Below are positions 51,351 to 63,926 of a DNA stretch of 64,000 nucleotides, in pieces. The position numbers and the translations under genes are program-made. The number at the start of each line of letters is the position of its first letter. Position 1 is the stretch's first letter. The stretch covers positions 32,116,001 to 32,180,000 of the forward strand of contig OX597836.1 in assembly GCA_951406725.2 (NCBI GenBank), written 5' to 3'. The notes beneath the pieces are model-generated. The model had not been told where the DNA came from, did no database searches, and saw only the letters and a program-made list of their open reading frames with translations. This stretch comes from Octopus vulgaris. Taxonomy: Eukaryota.

Positions 51351-52339
51351 TAAAGACTTCATGGAGTAGTGTGGACTATTTTTACCACCTGTCATAACAT
51401 GCCAGTGGAAAATAACATCACTAGGTGAGACAAGCTGACACTGAATTAGCTTCGCTGATTGACAGATGACGGTATCGTTTAGAGAATGCATGGGCTGAGA
51501 CTACGCACCTTCATTGGTCAGTTAAGTTGAGACAGTGTCACATGACAACTTGCTGGGGCTGCCTGCTGGAGCCTAGCAGCAGGTATTTAAAGGAAAAAAA
51601 CTTGACAAGACAGTCAGTCACCCGCTGACACTCAATGACACTACATTGAAGAGGCCAGGGAACAGAAGAAACAAGAAGAAAGAAGACATGCACCCAACAC
51701 CAGAGTTGAAGACACCTCCGAAAGGGGGGGGGGGGGCACCACGTCAAAACTGTTGAGGAGTAGGGGCCGAAACCAGACGTGGTTCCTCCTGATGATGTCT
51801 TGAGCTAACTGGATCCTATAAAGGAGCTGTTGTGGTAGCAGACAACAAAACACGGTTGAAATTCCTGGGGAGACCACAGGGGGCAGCAGTATTCGAGGTG
51901 TGGCCATAAACACTTCCTGCAATAGTGTGGACTATTTTTACCACCTGCTCCATTTTTCCCACATTCTCTGTCTCCACCAATACAAACCCAGCTTACTGAT
52001 ACTTAATAAAGGGTTGGTTTTTAACAACAACTTGCTATTGTCTGCCCCACTTGTGCTGTTCTATACTCATTCAGAGAGAGCCACAGACTGTGTGTGCTCA
52101 CAAAATAATAACATTCAACTGAATCATTAACAGCTCACGTACATATGTAAATCTTACACAATGTATAATTTATTTATTTATTTGTTTGATAATTTATTAT
52201 TGTGCTTCTAAACTGGAGTCTGGGATATTCAGTTTCTGAATAGAAACAGATAACATGTTTTTTGTCACACGCAGAGACTTTAAGTTTGCTCATGTTTTCA
52301 ATACTCCTGATTAACCACCCACTCTGTTTTTGTGTGGAA

Positions 52340-52351
52340 TACATACATACA

Positions 52352-52420
<69 letters not shown>

Positions 52421-52540
52421 GCACACATATATTTATGTATAGTCTATATATATATATGGGTATGTGTATTTGTATATACATATACATATGTATATGTAGG
52501 TGTATATGGACATATATATATAAACATATAGATATATGTT

Positions 52541-52573
<33 letters not shown>

Positions 52574-52715
52574 TATATATATATATATATATATATATGT
52601 TTATATTTATATTTATATGCACATAGGTACATATACATATATTAATTTTGTTTTTATGAGAGAAAAAATATATATAAAAAATGTGCATATGTATGTGTGT
52701 GTGTGTATGTGTGTA

Positions 52716-52760
<45 letters not shown>

Positions 52761-52789
52761 TATATATATGCATAAATATATATATATAC

Positions 52790-52830
<41 letters not shown>

Positions 52831-52860
52831 CGCACATACACACACACATGTGCAAATACA
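52340..52860. repeat. (TACA)n/(TA)n microsatellites
   Basis: Directly visible. Confidence 0.9.
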
Positions 52861-53148
52861 TTATATATTAATTTTTGATTTTATGAGAAAAAAATTTAAC
52901 ATATAACAGTACAGCACAATAGTTCTTAATATAACCAGCAATTTAACATTTGAGCTTTAAAATACCTAAATTATATACAAATTGCCAGTAAAAAAAATAA
53001 ATTGAAAGAACTCTAATATTCTTGTAGCCATCATCATAAACATTATATTTATTATAATTTCCATTAGAAATAACAGCTAATTTTCATTAAATTACACCAT
53101 TCTATGTTAAGACACATTGAGCAATATTTGTCCTGATATGTCAATATA

Positions 53149-53460
53149 GTGGAAGCACAAAGGCCCAGTGGTTAGGGCAGCGGACTTGCAGTCGTAGGAT
53201 CACAGTTTCGATTCCCAGACCAGGTGTTGTGAGTGTTTATTGAACGCAAACACCTAACGCTCCATGAGGGCTCCGGTAGGGAGTGGTGGCAATCTCTGCT
53301 GTACTCTTTCGCCACAACTTTCTCTCACTCTTTCTTCTGTTGACCTGCTCACTTAGCCACCGGGGTGGTGTCATTTGAAGGCTAAAACAATGCAAAGCGC
53401 ATTGTGACCAACGATGTGTAGCAACATCTGATAGCCTGGTCGGTCACGGTGATCACGGTA
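53149..53460 (+). mobile_element. SINE with tRNA-Arg-like head and TSD
   Basis: ATGTCAATA at 53138-53146 and 53461-53469. Confidence 0.85.
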
Positions 53461-53727
53461 ATGTCAATAAAAGGCAAAATATTGTTAGAGGTGGAATGTC
53501 TTGAACCATAATCCTGCTAAATTAGGACTATTTAATTTAGCAGTGTTCACCAACACTACATCTGATATCTGCCCCCTCCATACACATGCACACACGTATA
53601 TCATGACTCTTACACTATTCACTTTCCTGACTTTTGCACATAATTCTATGTATTGTTCATGCACCTTTAATAAGTTGCAGTGCAGCTGAGCACTGTACAC
53701 AGTAATTTCATTATTATTATTATTATT

Positions 53728-54030
53728 ATTTTCTATGCTAGGCACAAAGCCCGAAATTTTTGGAAAGGGTTGCCAGTCGATTAGATCGATCCCAGTACAC
53801 AACTGGTACTTAATTTATCAACCCCGAAAGGATGAGAGGCAAAGTCGACCTCGGCAGAATTTGAACTCAGAACGTAAAGACTGACGAAAGCTTGTGAATA
53901 TATTCTTTTCTACTCTAGGCACAAGGCCTGAAGATTTGGGGGTGGGTTGCCAGTCGATTAAATCGACCCCAGTACACAACTGGTACTGAATTTATCAACC
54001 CTGAAAGGATGAAAGGCAAAGTCAACATCC
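53728..54030 (-). mobile_element. Two 5'-truncated Meta-domain SINEs
   Basis: Family match. Confidence 0.8.
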
Positions 54031-54496
54031 TGGGGCAGGACAACTATGATGATAGCAATGGTGATGGTGATAACAATAACAGTAGCAACGATGATGACAA
54101 TGGTGATGATGGTTGTAACTATGATGGTGGCAACAAGGATGACGGCAATGGTGATGGTAATGGCAATGGCGTGATGATGATGATGATTCTGGAGGTGACT
54201 GTATTGGTCTAATGGATTTTAAGGTTATGAGTTTCATTCTCCAACTGTGCAGCATGGCGTGTTCTTTCTTGTATGAAGCATTTCGTTTCATGTGAATTTA
54301 GTCAACTCATTATCATCATCCTCATCATCATTGTCACTTCCATCATCATCATCGTCGTCGTCATCGTCGTCATCATCATTGTCATCATCATTGTCATCAT
54401 CATATTTGTGATCATTCATCATCATTATCATCATTATATTCATCATCATTATCATCATCATTGTCATCATTATCATCATTATATTCATCATCATCA

Positions 54497-54768
54497 TAAG
54501 GGTTGGTTTCCCGGTTTCATTAGTGTATAGGCTGCCCCACCTGGATGGGACACTGGTCCATTGCAGGTGAGCTGTTAGATGCAGGAGGAAAGAGTGAGAG
54601 AAAGTAGTAGTGGAAAAGTCAGCAGAGGTTCGCCATTACCTTCTGCCAGAGGTGCGGGGAGCTTAGGTGTTTCACTCATAAACACACATACTGCCCGGTC
54701 TGAGATTCAAACCCATGATCCCTTGACCTCTAGTCCGCTGCTTTGACCACTAGTCCATGTGCCTCCAC
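54497..54768 (-). mobile_element. SINE with tRNA-Arg-like head, diverged
   Basis: Homologous to 11722-12018. Confidence 0.7.
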
Positions 54769-55302
54769 CCCCACCTCTGCTTGGTCATGTAAATTTCATT
54801 GTAACCCGACACTGTAAGATTTAGGTAGTTCCACATACAATTTGCTGCCACTAAGGTGTTCATACACCCCTGTATGATGACTGAGCTGCTGACTTATACC
54901 AGCATCCTATATTCAGCATGTATGATGTTGAATATAAAGAAGTGATGCCACTGAATACGCTGTGCTGCAGCTTGATACCAAATGAATGCCAGGACACTTC
55001 CAAAATCTTGTTCAAATATGTGGAGCTAAATATAAAGAAAATAACTGATTTCAGTTTTCTTAGCAACAATGCCATGTGACCTGAGTTAACCAACAGAGGG
55101 CGAAGTACTCAGAAGCTATCTTAAATTTCTTTCAATCCTTCTATTCTGCTTCTTTAAATCAGATGAAGTGAATGTGACCGGTTCCTGTGCAGCCAGGAAA
55201 CTTTAAGTCATGTGGGGTTGAATCAAAATATCATTAAATACATAAATACATTTAACTCCAGCCAAAGATGTTGAGTGCTTTCCTGCCTATATATATATAT
55301 AT

Positions 55303-55336
<34 letters not shown>

Positions 55337-55338
<2 letters not shown>

Positions 55339-55577
55339 CATCATCATCATCATCATTTAACGTCTGTTTTCCATGCTAGCATAAGTTGGACGGTTCGACT
55401 GGGGTCTGGGAAGACAGAAGGCTGCACCAGGCTCCAGTCTGATCCAGCTGTAGAAACACTGCCAGATCAGACTGGAGCCTGGTGGACCTTCTGTCTTCCC
55501 AGACCCCAGTTGAACCGTCCAACCCATGCTAGCATGGAAAACGGACGTTAAACGATGATGATGATGATGATGATGAT
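55337..55577. mobile_element. Inverted pair of SINE 3' ends forming a hairpin with ~110-bp arms
   Basis: Arms 55337-55444 / 55465-55577, 20-nt spacer, (GAT)n tails pointing outward. Confidence 0.9.
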
Positions 55578-55599
55578 ATATATAAATATATATAATACA

Positions 55600-55998
55600 T
55601 AAATTAGAGATAAAACCATATTATTTAAATATATAAAATGAAAAAATATAATTAATATAACATAAGATTATTTAATTTATATTATTTAAATATATAACAA
55701 AATTATTAAAAAGGTATAATTAATATAACCTGATGAATGACTGTAACTGTTAATTTCTTTATGAAACCATGATCGTAGTGTTATATTAATTATATTTTTT
55801 TAATAATTTTGTTATATATTTAAATAATATAAATTAAATAATCTTATGTATTGGCTTAAGTTTTTCATTGTATGATTTGCCTAATAGTGGTTTTATCTCT
55901 AATTTAATATAACATAATATTTTACTATAAAATTGGATTCAATCCTAAATCTGATTTTTCCCTGTAAGTTTGGATTTATTCCCTAATATTTATTATTA
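55600..55998 (+). mobile_element. Fold-back element with a hammerhead core in the loop of a 70-bp stem
   Basis: Arms 55660-55729 / 55780-55849; CTGATGA 55730-55736; GAAAC 55763-55767; GTA 55775-55777. 3' part homologous (inverted) to 668-790. Confidence 0.7.
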
Positions 55999-56119
55999 AT
56001 ATATATATATATATATGTATATAGTTGGCACCATGTAAAAAGCAACTGTACCAGTGCTGTGTTAGGGTACTCTCTTTAAAGTGGTTGGCTCCAGGAAGGG
56101 CATCCAGCAGTAGAACCCA

Positions 56120-56880
56120 GGCAGCTCTTCTGTCCCTCTGCTTCTACTTCTCTTTCTTCTCTTCCGATGTGACCGATCGGCCAGACTGCTCGCTCTTTCT
56201 TTCTGGGTCTGATCATGGTCCGTGTAATATCAATATTCTTCCCTGTGTTTGTGAAATTTTTGTATCACTGCCATAAGGCTTCATTTCCACAAATGCCAGC
56301 TTAATTCAATTTGTCCTTAGTCGAAAGACATCTGTTGTTATGTCCTGTTATTATTTTTATTGTATTTTTATTGTATTTATATTTATGTAACATTGCACGT
56401 TTTTTCCATCCTTGTTTTTGTATACATTCGATGCTTTCTTCCAAGGAATCTAATGCTCTTAGCTTAATATTTCCTTGGGGCTGGCTATATTGGAACAATC
56501 TCAAGAATAATCAGCCGAAATTGTGAAGATAATCTGGTTCTTGACTGAAGATAAAAAACTTTGAATGACCCGCCCTTGTTTTCTTTGTATCGTCTATCTG
56601 GATGTTTTGTGTTCTTGTCCCATTTTGTGTTCTTGTCCCATTTTGTGTTTTATATATATATATGTGACCGAGTGTGTACCGTTGGCAATTTTTTTTCCTC
56701 CGTCTTCCCTTCTTTGGATCTTTCCTTTTCCTATGTTTCTGATGAAGAGCTCCGCTCGAAACGTTAAACCCTCCTTCTTTCCTTCTTTCCTGAGCGTCCA
56801 ATAATACTGAACTTGTTCCACATCCTCGCATTGTTGTGTTTTCTCTTTGTGTTTTCATGTTTGGATTAACTATATATATA
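56120..56880 (+). mobile_element. Non-coding Penelope-like terminal-repeat-type element
   Basis: Pyrimidine-rich, several hairpins ending in GAAA, intact hammerhead near the 3' end, terminates in (TA)n. 3' end homologous to 10668-10828. Confidence 0.5.
56735..56769 (+). ncRNA. Minimal type I hammerhead ribozyme motif, core intact
   Basis: GTTT-CTGATGA-A-GAGC-TCC-GCTC-GAAA-CG-TT-AAAC: stem I GTTT/AAAC, stem II GAGC/GCTC, palindromic ACGU stem III, GUU cleavage triplet. Confidence 0.8.
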
Positions 56881-56919
56881 TAGCAGCGTATGTACACTTT
56901 GTTCTCTTATATGTAAGAA

Positions 56920-57068
56920 TATATATATATGTATATATGTATATATGTATATATACATATATATGTATATATGTATATATAGATATATATATATATTTAT
57001 ATATACATATACATGTATATGTATATATATATGTATATATATTTATATATATATATATATACACATAC

Positions 57069-57103
<35 letters not shown>

Positions 57104-57206
57104 TATGTATGCATGTATATAATGGATTCTCTTATGTATGTATACACTTGTATATATATATAGATACATTATATATTATGTATTTACATACATAAATACA
57201 TACATA

Positions 57207-57244
<38 letters not shown>

Positions 57245-57248
57245 GTAC

Positions 57249-57317
<69 letters not shown>

Positions 57318-57330
57318 TACACACATATAT
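56920..57330. repeat. Degenerate (TA)n microsatellite
   Basis: Directly visible. Confidence 0.9.
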
Positions 57331-57924
57331 AATACATGAACACCCATTTGCTCTATTCTTGGTAATCTACTTACATATTATTACCGTTGCCTTTAAAGTG
57401 AAGTCAGCTTGATACACAGCGCTAGCTATATTTATTTAGCATTAACATCTATAACTTTGTAATGGTATGTATATTTGTAACATTTCAGGTTTTACTCCTC
57501 TCTTTCACTCTCTCTCTCTCTCTGTATCAGTCTAGTGTCATCTATTTCTTTTCATGTTGCAATTTATTCCCAAAGCTACTTTTATCTCCGAGATAAGCCA
57601 TGTTACATGCACATGTGATCTCGATCTGCAAAACCTCATTGCCATTCAATAAACATTAGTTTAATTAGTAAATTATACTCCGGTAATGTTGTTAGATCAC
57701 TGAAGATAGTAAATATATTTCTAGGAGCAATGACGCTTCGATAAAAAATAGAAGCATGTTTTAATAGCTACCATGTTTTGGTGGGTTTTTGAAATGAGTG
57801 ACAATGTCTTTGAATCCCAAATGGTTTTTGAGGTCATCAACCAGTAAATATTTCTGTCTTTAAGTTGTGGTGTGCTAAAGATAGAAACTATTGAATGTCA
57901 GTAATTATTGTTTGGTAAAGAATA

Positions 57925-58475
57925 TTGGGTTGTCTGGAAAGTTTGTGCCGATTTATAGTTGCTTACCTTTAGACTTATTTTAAAACATGGTTGAGTCCAT
58001 AAAATAGGATTAGACTACACCTCCATTTAGAGCAGAGTTTAAGCTATCTTTTCATGGAAGAAGGTTTATATTCCTATAATCTGCGTTAATTCTGTAACCC
58101 TTTAAAATGGAAGATAAAAAAGTTCATTTTCGGTACTTGATGCTTTGGGAACCAGTCTAAAATTGCTGCTGGCTGAGATGTGTTACCCCACCCTCCATAT
58201 TCACCAGATATTGCTCCTTTGGATTTCCACTTATTCAGGTCTCTGCAGAATAGTCTTAATGGTAAAAATTTCAATTCCTTTGGATGATGTAAAAAGATAC
58301 CTTGATGAATTCTTTGCCATGAAACCACCTCAATTCTGGGAAGAGGGTATTTTCAAATTAAAGGAAAGATGGAGACGCATTGTGCAATAAAATGGTTCAT
58401 ATTCGGTTGATTAAAAATGTAATGGCAAGTATTTATTGACCTTTTTCATCAGCACAAACTTTCTGGACAACCCAA
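57925..58475 (+). mobile_element. Internally deleted mariner (DD34D) element
   Basis: TA|TTGGGTTGTCTGGAAAGTTTGTGC ... GCACAAACTTTCTGGACAACCCAA|TA. MEDKKVHFRYLMLWE (ATG at 58107) is fused to VLPHPPYSPDIAPLDFHLFRSLQN...FWEEGIFKLKERWRRIVQ*NGSY (to 58414). Confidence 0.93.
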
Positions 58476-58828
58476 TAGAAGTCTGTTGCGATAGCTAGTA
58501 AATATAGGATATCATTTCTTTAAATGTTTTGTCGTAGTCGAGGACTAGTTCCCACGAGGGTTATATTTTAGGGGAGGAAATTGGAATGAGAATAAGATTG
58601 ATTTGTTTCATTCGTTGTTTAACAGGTCATCTGGATTATTCTTTTTATTTCTTTCATTGATATTTCGGTCATGCAGCTGTGGTCATGCTGGAGCACCACC
58701 AGCAAGTGATTATTTCATTTTCCTGTCCCAAAATTATCGAGTGAGAGTTGGAGAATGTTACTTGTTAAGATATATATATATAATTGTGACTGATGTAAAT
58801 TATTTATATAATGAGAGAATCAAACTAA

Positions 58829-58926
58829 ATCATCATCATCACCATCATCCCCATCATCAGTGTCATCAGTGTCATCATCATCATCATCATCATCACCACC
58901 ACACCCACCATCATCACCATCATTAC

Positions 58927-58970
<44 letters not shown>

Positions 58971-59115
58971 CCACCATCATCATCATCATCTTCATCGTCC
59001 ACATCATCATCAGTGTCGTCGTCGTCATCATCATCATCATCAGCGTCACCATCATCCTCATCATCATCATCATCATCACAGTCATCACCATCGTCATCAT
59101 CATCATCATCGTCAT
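58829..59115. repeat. (CAT)n microsatellite, the expanded tail of the adjacent SINE (59100-59280, minus)
   Basis: Directly visible. Confidence 0.9.
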
Positions 59116-59442
59116 GGACAGTTTGACAGGAGCTGACAGCCAGAGGTCTGCACCCTGCTCTGTTGTCTGCTTTGGCATGGTCCCCGTGGCTGGATGCTCT
59201 TCCTAATGCCAACCACTTTACAGAGTGTATTGAGTGCTTTTTATGCAGCACCAGCAGGAATGGGGCCACCAAGCAACTTGTAAGAGAGACGACTCCTTAA
59301 CTGAAGGGGTAGGAGAGTGCTACTGAGGGAAGTGGTTTTTGTGCCAGATGTGAGTTTAGAACATGAAAAGAGAGGAGTCAGCAATAGGCATCTTGTAGTA
59401 AATGAGATACATGGCCATACATGGTTACCTCAGAAGGAGAGC

Positions 59443-59470
59443 AGAGAGAGAGAGAGAGAGAGAACAGAGG

Positions 59471-59510
<40 letters not shown>

Positions 59511-59513
59511 TAA

Positions 59514-59549
<36 letters not shown>

Positions 59550-59662
59550 AGAGAGAGACAGAGTGAGAGAGAGAGGAGAGAGAGAGAGAAGAGAGAGAGA
59601 GCAGAGTGAGAGAAAGAGAGAGAGAGAGAGAGTGAGATAAGAGAGAGAAAGGAGAGAGAGAA

Positions 59663-59693
<31 letters not shown>

Positions 59694-59973
59694 AGAAAGG
59701 GAGGGAGGGAAAGAGAGAGAGAGAGAGAGATAAAGAAGAGAGAGGCAGAGAAAGCAGGAGGGAGAAGGAGAGAGAAGAGAGAGAGCAGAGACAGAGAGAG
59801 AGCAGAGACAGAGAGAGAGCAGAGACAGAGAGAGAGCAGAGACAGAGAGAGTGAGAGAGAGAGAGAAAGAAAGAAGAGAGAGAGCAGAGTGAGAGAAGAG
59901 AGAGAAAAGAGAGAAAGAAAGAAATAGAGAGAGAAAAGAGAGAAAGAAAGAAATAGAGAGAGAAAAGAGAGGG

Positions 59974-60011
<38 letters not shown>

Positions 60012-60070
60012 AGAGAGAAGAGGGAGAGAGGAGAGAGAGATGAGTGAGAGAAAGATGGAGAGAGAAAAAA
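59443..60070. repeat. (AG)n polypurine tract
   Basis: Directly visible. Confidence 0.95.
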
Positions 60071-60307
60071 GGTAGAGAGAAGGCATTGGAAGATGTGATG
60101 GAGGGTGTAGTCAATGTCAATAAATTTTTGGATAACCCTGAAACTGCTATGACAAGCATCCCCACAATTTCCATCTATGACATTCCCTCACAAGGCATTG
60201 GTCTGCTCAGGGCTATAGGAGAATACACCTGCCCAAGGTACAGCAGCGTGAAACTGAACCCCAAACCATAAGGTTGCAAAGTGACCTTCTTAACCACCCA
60301 ACCATCC

Positions 60308-60541
60308 CTTATTTCTTTATTGCCCACAGGGGGTTAAACATAGAGGGGACAAACATGGACAGACAAAGGGATTAAGTCGATTACATCGACCCCCATTGCG
60401 TAACTGGTACTTAATTTATCGCCCGAAAGGATGAAAGGCAAAGTCGACCTCGGCAGAATTTGAACTCAGAACGTAACGGCAGACGAAATACCGCTAAGCA
60501 TTTCACCCGGTGTGCTAACGTTTCTGCCAGCTTGTCGCCTT
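60308..60541 (-). mobile_element. Young Meta-domain SINE
   Basis: Near-consensus and CpG-rich; inserted into the 5' end of an older CORE-type SINE (CCA.C.AACCAT.CCT on both sides). Confidence 0.9.
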
Positions 60542-60796
60542 TCCACCTAACCATTCCTGCTCCAATGCTCACATCAATTTTTGGAGGAGCTTTTCTCACC
60601 ATCTTCCTTCTAATATTATGTCAGCTTCTTTAAGATGGTGATGGGCTGGCAGAATTGTTTGTAGGGTGAGCAAAATACTCACTGGCATTTCATCTGTCTT
60701 TACATTCTCAGTTCAAATTCTGCTGAGGTCGGCTTTGCCTTTATCCCTTTGGAGTCGATAAAATAAGAGTTCATATGATTATGTAAAAAAAAGAAC

Positions 60797-61200
60797 AGGT
60801 GCAAGAGTGGCTGTGTAGTAAGTAGCTTGCTTACCAACCACATGGTTCCGGGTTCAGTCCCACTGCGTGGCACCTTGGGCAAGTGTCTTCTACTATAGCC
60901 TCGGGCCGACCAATGCCTTGGGAGTGGATTTGATAGATGGAAACTGAAAGAAGCCTGTCGTATATATGTATATATATATATATGTATGTGTGTGTATATG
61001 TTTGTGTGTTTGTCCCCCTAGCATTGCTTGACAACCGATGCTGGTGTGTTTACGTCCCCATCACTTAGCAGTTTGGCAAAAGAGACCGATAGAATAAGTA
61101 CTGGGCTTACAAAGAATAAGTCCCGGGGTTGATTTGCTTGACTAAAGGCGGTGCTCCAGCATGGCCGAAGTCAAATGACCGAAACAAGTAAAAGAGAGAG
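60797..61200 (+). mobile_element. CORE-type SINE, full length, young
   Basis: Near-consensus A/B boxes, CORE-like block and tail. Confidence 0.92.
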
Positions 61201-61852
61201 ATTATTTTGTGGTATGATTCAAGGGTTATTTAGCTGCTGTTATTAGCACAACCCACAACCACCTGATACCTTCCTCATTTCATTGTCACTCCAACACGTA
61301 TTGATCTTTTTCAATATTTTTCTTCCCATAAACACATTTAATGGAATGATGATGCACCCAAGGGTAGTCCATGTTTTAAACTCTAATCTAAACGAAAAAA
61401 AATTGAGTGAAACTTTTAGGATTTATGGGAGGATGGAGGAGGGTTTCTTTGAAATTTGTTTTTTTCATAATTGTATGAACTCCTGTATGCAGAACATGAA
61501 TTCACAAAAACTTTCTGAAAATTCCCCCAAAATTCAAAATTTTGAAGGGCTATTTGGGGTGCTTAAACCAGAATTCCACCTATTGGAGGACATCATTTGG
61601 GTGAGGGCTTCTTGATTCGCCTTAGCTGCTGGTTCTGCTACATCAGGAGGGCTGCATCATAGATGTTTTCACATATTTTATATAATGTGTATATTTTTAT
61701 TGCATTATATCCCCTCCTCTCCCTCTCTTCCTCTCAGTTGTAGACTGTCCAAACAAATTGTAGACTGTCCGCGTGATGTCCTCCTCGTCTGATGTACCTG
61801 TAGCAAATAAAAGAAATAATCATTATTGTCGCTGTTATTATTATTATTATTA

Positions 61853-61889
<37 letters not shown>

Positions 61890-61897
61890 CATTATTA

Positions 61898-62136
61898 TTC
61901 TATGTTTGACTTTTGCTTTATATTTGTACAAGTTGGCTCCAAGTCTCACCCAGAGACCTCAAGAGACAACAGGTTGGAAGTTCATGTTGTTGTTATGCCT
62001 AGTGTGCCATATATTTGGGGGGAGTTTTTGGTGTTGTACTAATGAATGTCTAAAAAAAAATTTTTTTTTTTTTTAAACCGAAAATTATGTTTGTTTTAAA
62101 CCTTGAGATTACATAGAAAGTATTTTGTGTAGGATA
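61898..62136 (-). mobile_element. R4/Dong-like 3' remnant
   Basis: Minus strand ILHKILSM* plus 3' UTR ending in (TAA)n. Confidence 0.6.
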
Positions 62137-62199
62137 TTATTATTATTATTATTAATATAATTATTATAATTATTATTATTATTATAGTTGTTGTTATTG

Positions 62200-62413
62200 T
62201 TTTACTTATCAGAGCACTTGATCTTGTTTTCTCAAGTAGATTCCGAGAGAGTGGACAGCCACCTGCTGCCAGAGGTCTCACAGGGTCTCATACTGTACAT
62301 TATAAGCTTCGATAATTGGTTGCTAATTATCATGGGAGACATTCAACATCCAAGTACCAATCTCAAAGTCCTAGCTGTCCCCAGCAGAACAGTTTTTGTG
62401 GATTGCTCTGTTC
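62200..62413 (-). mobile_element. R4/Dong-like 3' remnant, different subfamily
   Basis: Minus strand TKTVLLGTARTLRLVLGC* plus 3' UTR; in (TAA)n on that strand. Confidence 0.7.
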
Positions 62414-62477
62414 TTATTATCATGATTATTATTATTATTATTATCATTATTATTATTATTATTATTATTACTATTAA

Positions 62478-62586
<109 letters not shown>

Positions 62587-62609
62587 GCTATTGTTGTTGT
62601 TGTAGTTGT

Positions 62610-62810
62610 TAAGGCAGCAAGCTGGCAGAACCATTAGCATGCTGGACAAATGCTTAGCAGTATTTAGACCATCACTATGTTTTGAGTTCAAATTCCACCA
62701 AGGTCAACTTTGCCTTTTATCATTTGGGGGTCAATAAACTAAATACCAGTAATTGACTAGTCCTCTCCCCACCAAATTTGAGGCCTTGTGCGTCCAGTTG
62801 AAAGGATTAT
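62610..62810 (+). mobile_element. Meta-domain SINE within (ATT)n
   Basis: Family match; another copy at 63097-63330. Confidence 0.8.
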
Positions 62811-62830
62811 TATTGTTATTATTATTATCA

Positions 62831-62895
<65 letters not shown>

Positions 62896-62994
62896 TAGTG
62901 AGAGAGCAGTGCAAGCCATCAAAGTGACACTTGGGTACAAATATAAAAAGCTCAAAATACCCATCATGACTACCCATCTGATATTCTTCTTCTT

Positions 62995-63098
<104 letters not shown>

Positions 63099-63357
63099 GG
63101 CGGAGAGCTAGTAGAATCCTTAGCATGATGGATGAAATGCTTAGCGGTATATTGTTTGCTGTTATGTTGTTCTGAGTTCAAATTCCGCTGAGATCAACTT
63201 TGCCTTTCATCCTTTGGGAGTGGGAGGGGGAGTCGATAAATTAAGTACCCGTGAAATACCGGGGTCGATGTAATCAACATGCTCCCCCACCCACAACATT
63301 TCAGGCTTTGTGCCTATAGCAGAAAGAATCATCATCATCATCATCATCATCATCATT

Positions 63358-63392
<35 letters not shown>

Positions 63393-63619
63393 TATCATCA
63401 CAACTGTGGAAAGCAAAAGCTGAATGAGTGTCAGACTAAATGTCTGAGATTATTTAACTTACACTCTTTTACATTCTGAATCCAAAATCCTTCCTTCCTA
63501 TAGAAGGAACCGATTGTTAATAAAAGAGAGTTCCAATCAAGTGCTACAGTTCCATTAAAACAAAGTTTCCCCCCTCCTCTCCTCTCCTGTAAAAATGTGT
63601 GACCTCGTACCTATTTAAA

Positions 63620-63672
<53 letters not shown>

Positions 63673-63795
63673 GAGGTGTGGTAGTAGTTCCTGTTACCTC
63701 TTGTTATTCAGTGATTGCATGTGATTAAATGTTTTACACCTTCATAAATAGATACCACACATATACTGTTCATATATATATATATATATATATAC

Positions 63796-63840
<45 letters not shown>

Positions 63841-63868
63841 ACTAGTAAAAAAAAATATATATATATAT

Positions 63869-63890
63869 ATACAACTAGTAAAAAATTACT

Positions 63891-63926
<36 letters not shown>

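Noticed and set aside
54860-55093. Unique sequence with open frames on both strands and a minus-strand acceptor
   Set aside because: No recognisable protein motif in any frame; cannot be distinguished from chance.
56268-56520. Additional hairpins ending in GAAA (TAAGG/CCTTA, GGCTG/CAGCC)
   Set aside because: No CUGANGA half-core in position; not called as ribozymes.
57393-57863. TTAAAG...CTTTAA-bounded possible Kolobok MITE
   Set aside because: The inverted match does not extend beyond 6 bp.
61353-61563. Short imperfect inverted termini (GCACCC..TAG.CC), possible MITE; similarly 42277-42373
   Set aside because: Too short or degenerate and single-copy in the window.
63602-63677. ACCTCGTA/TACGAGGT inverted repeat around (CTA)n
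   Set aside because: Only 8 bp; compatible with chance.
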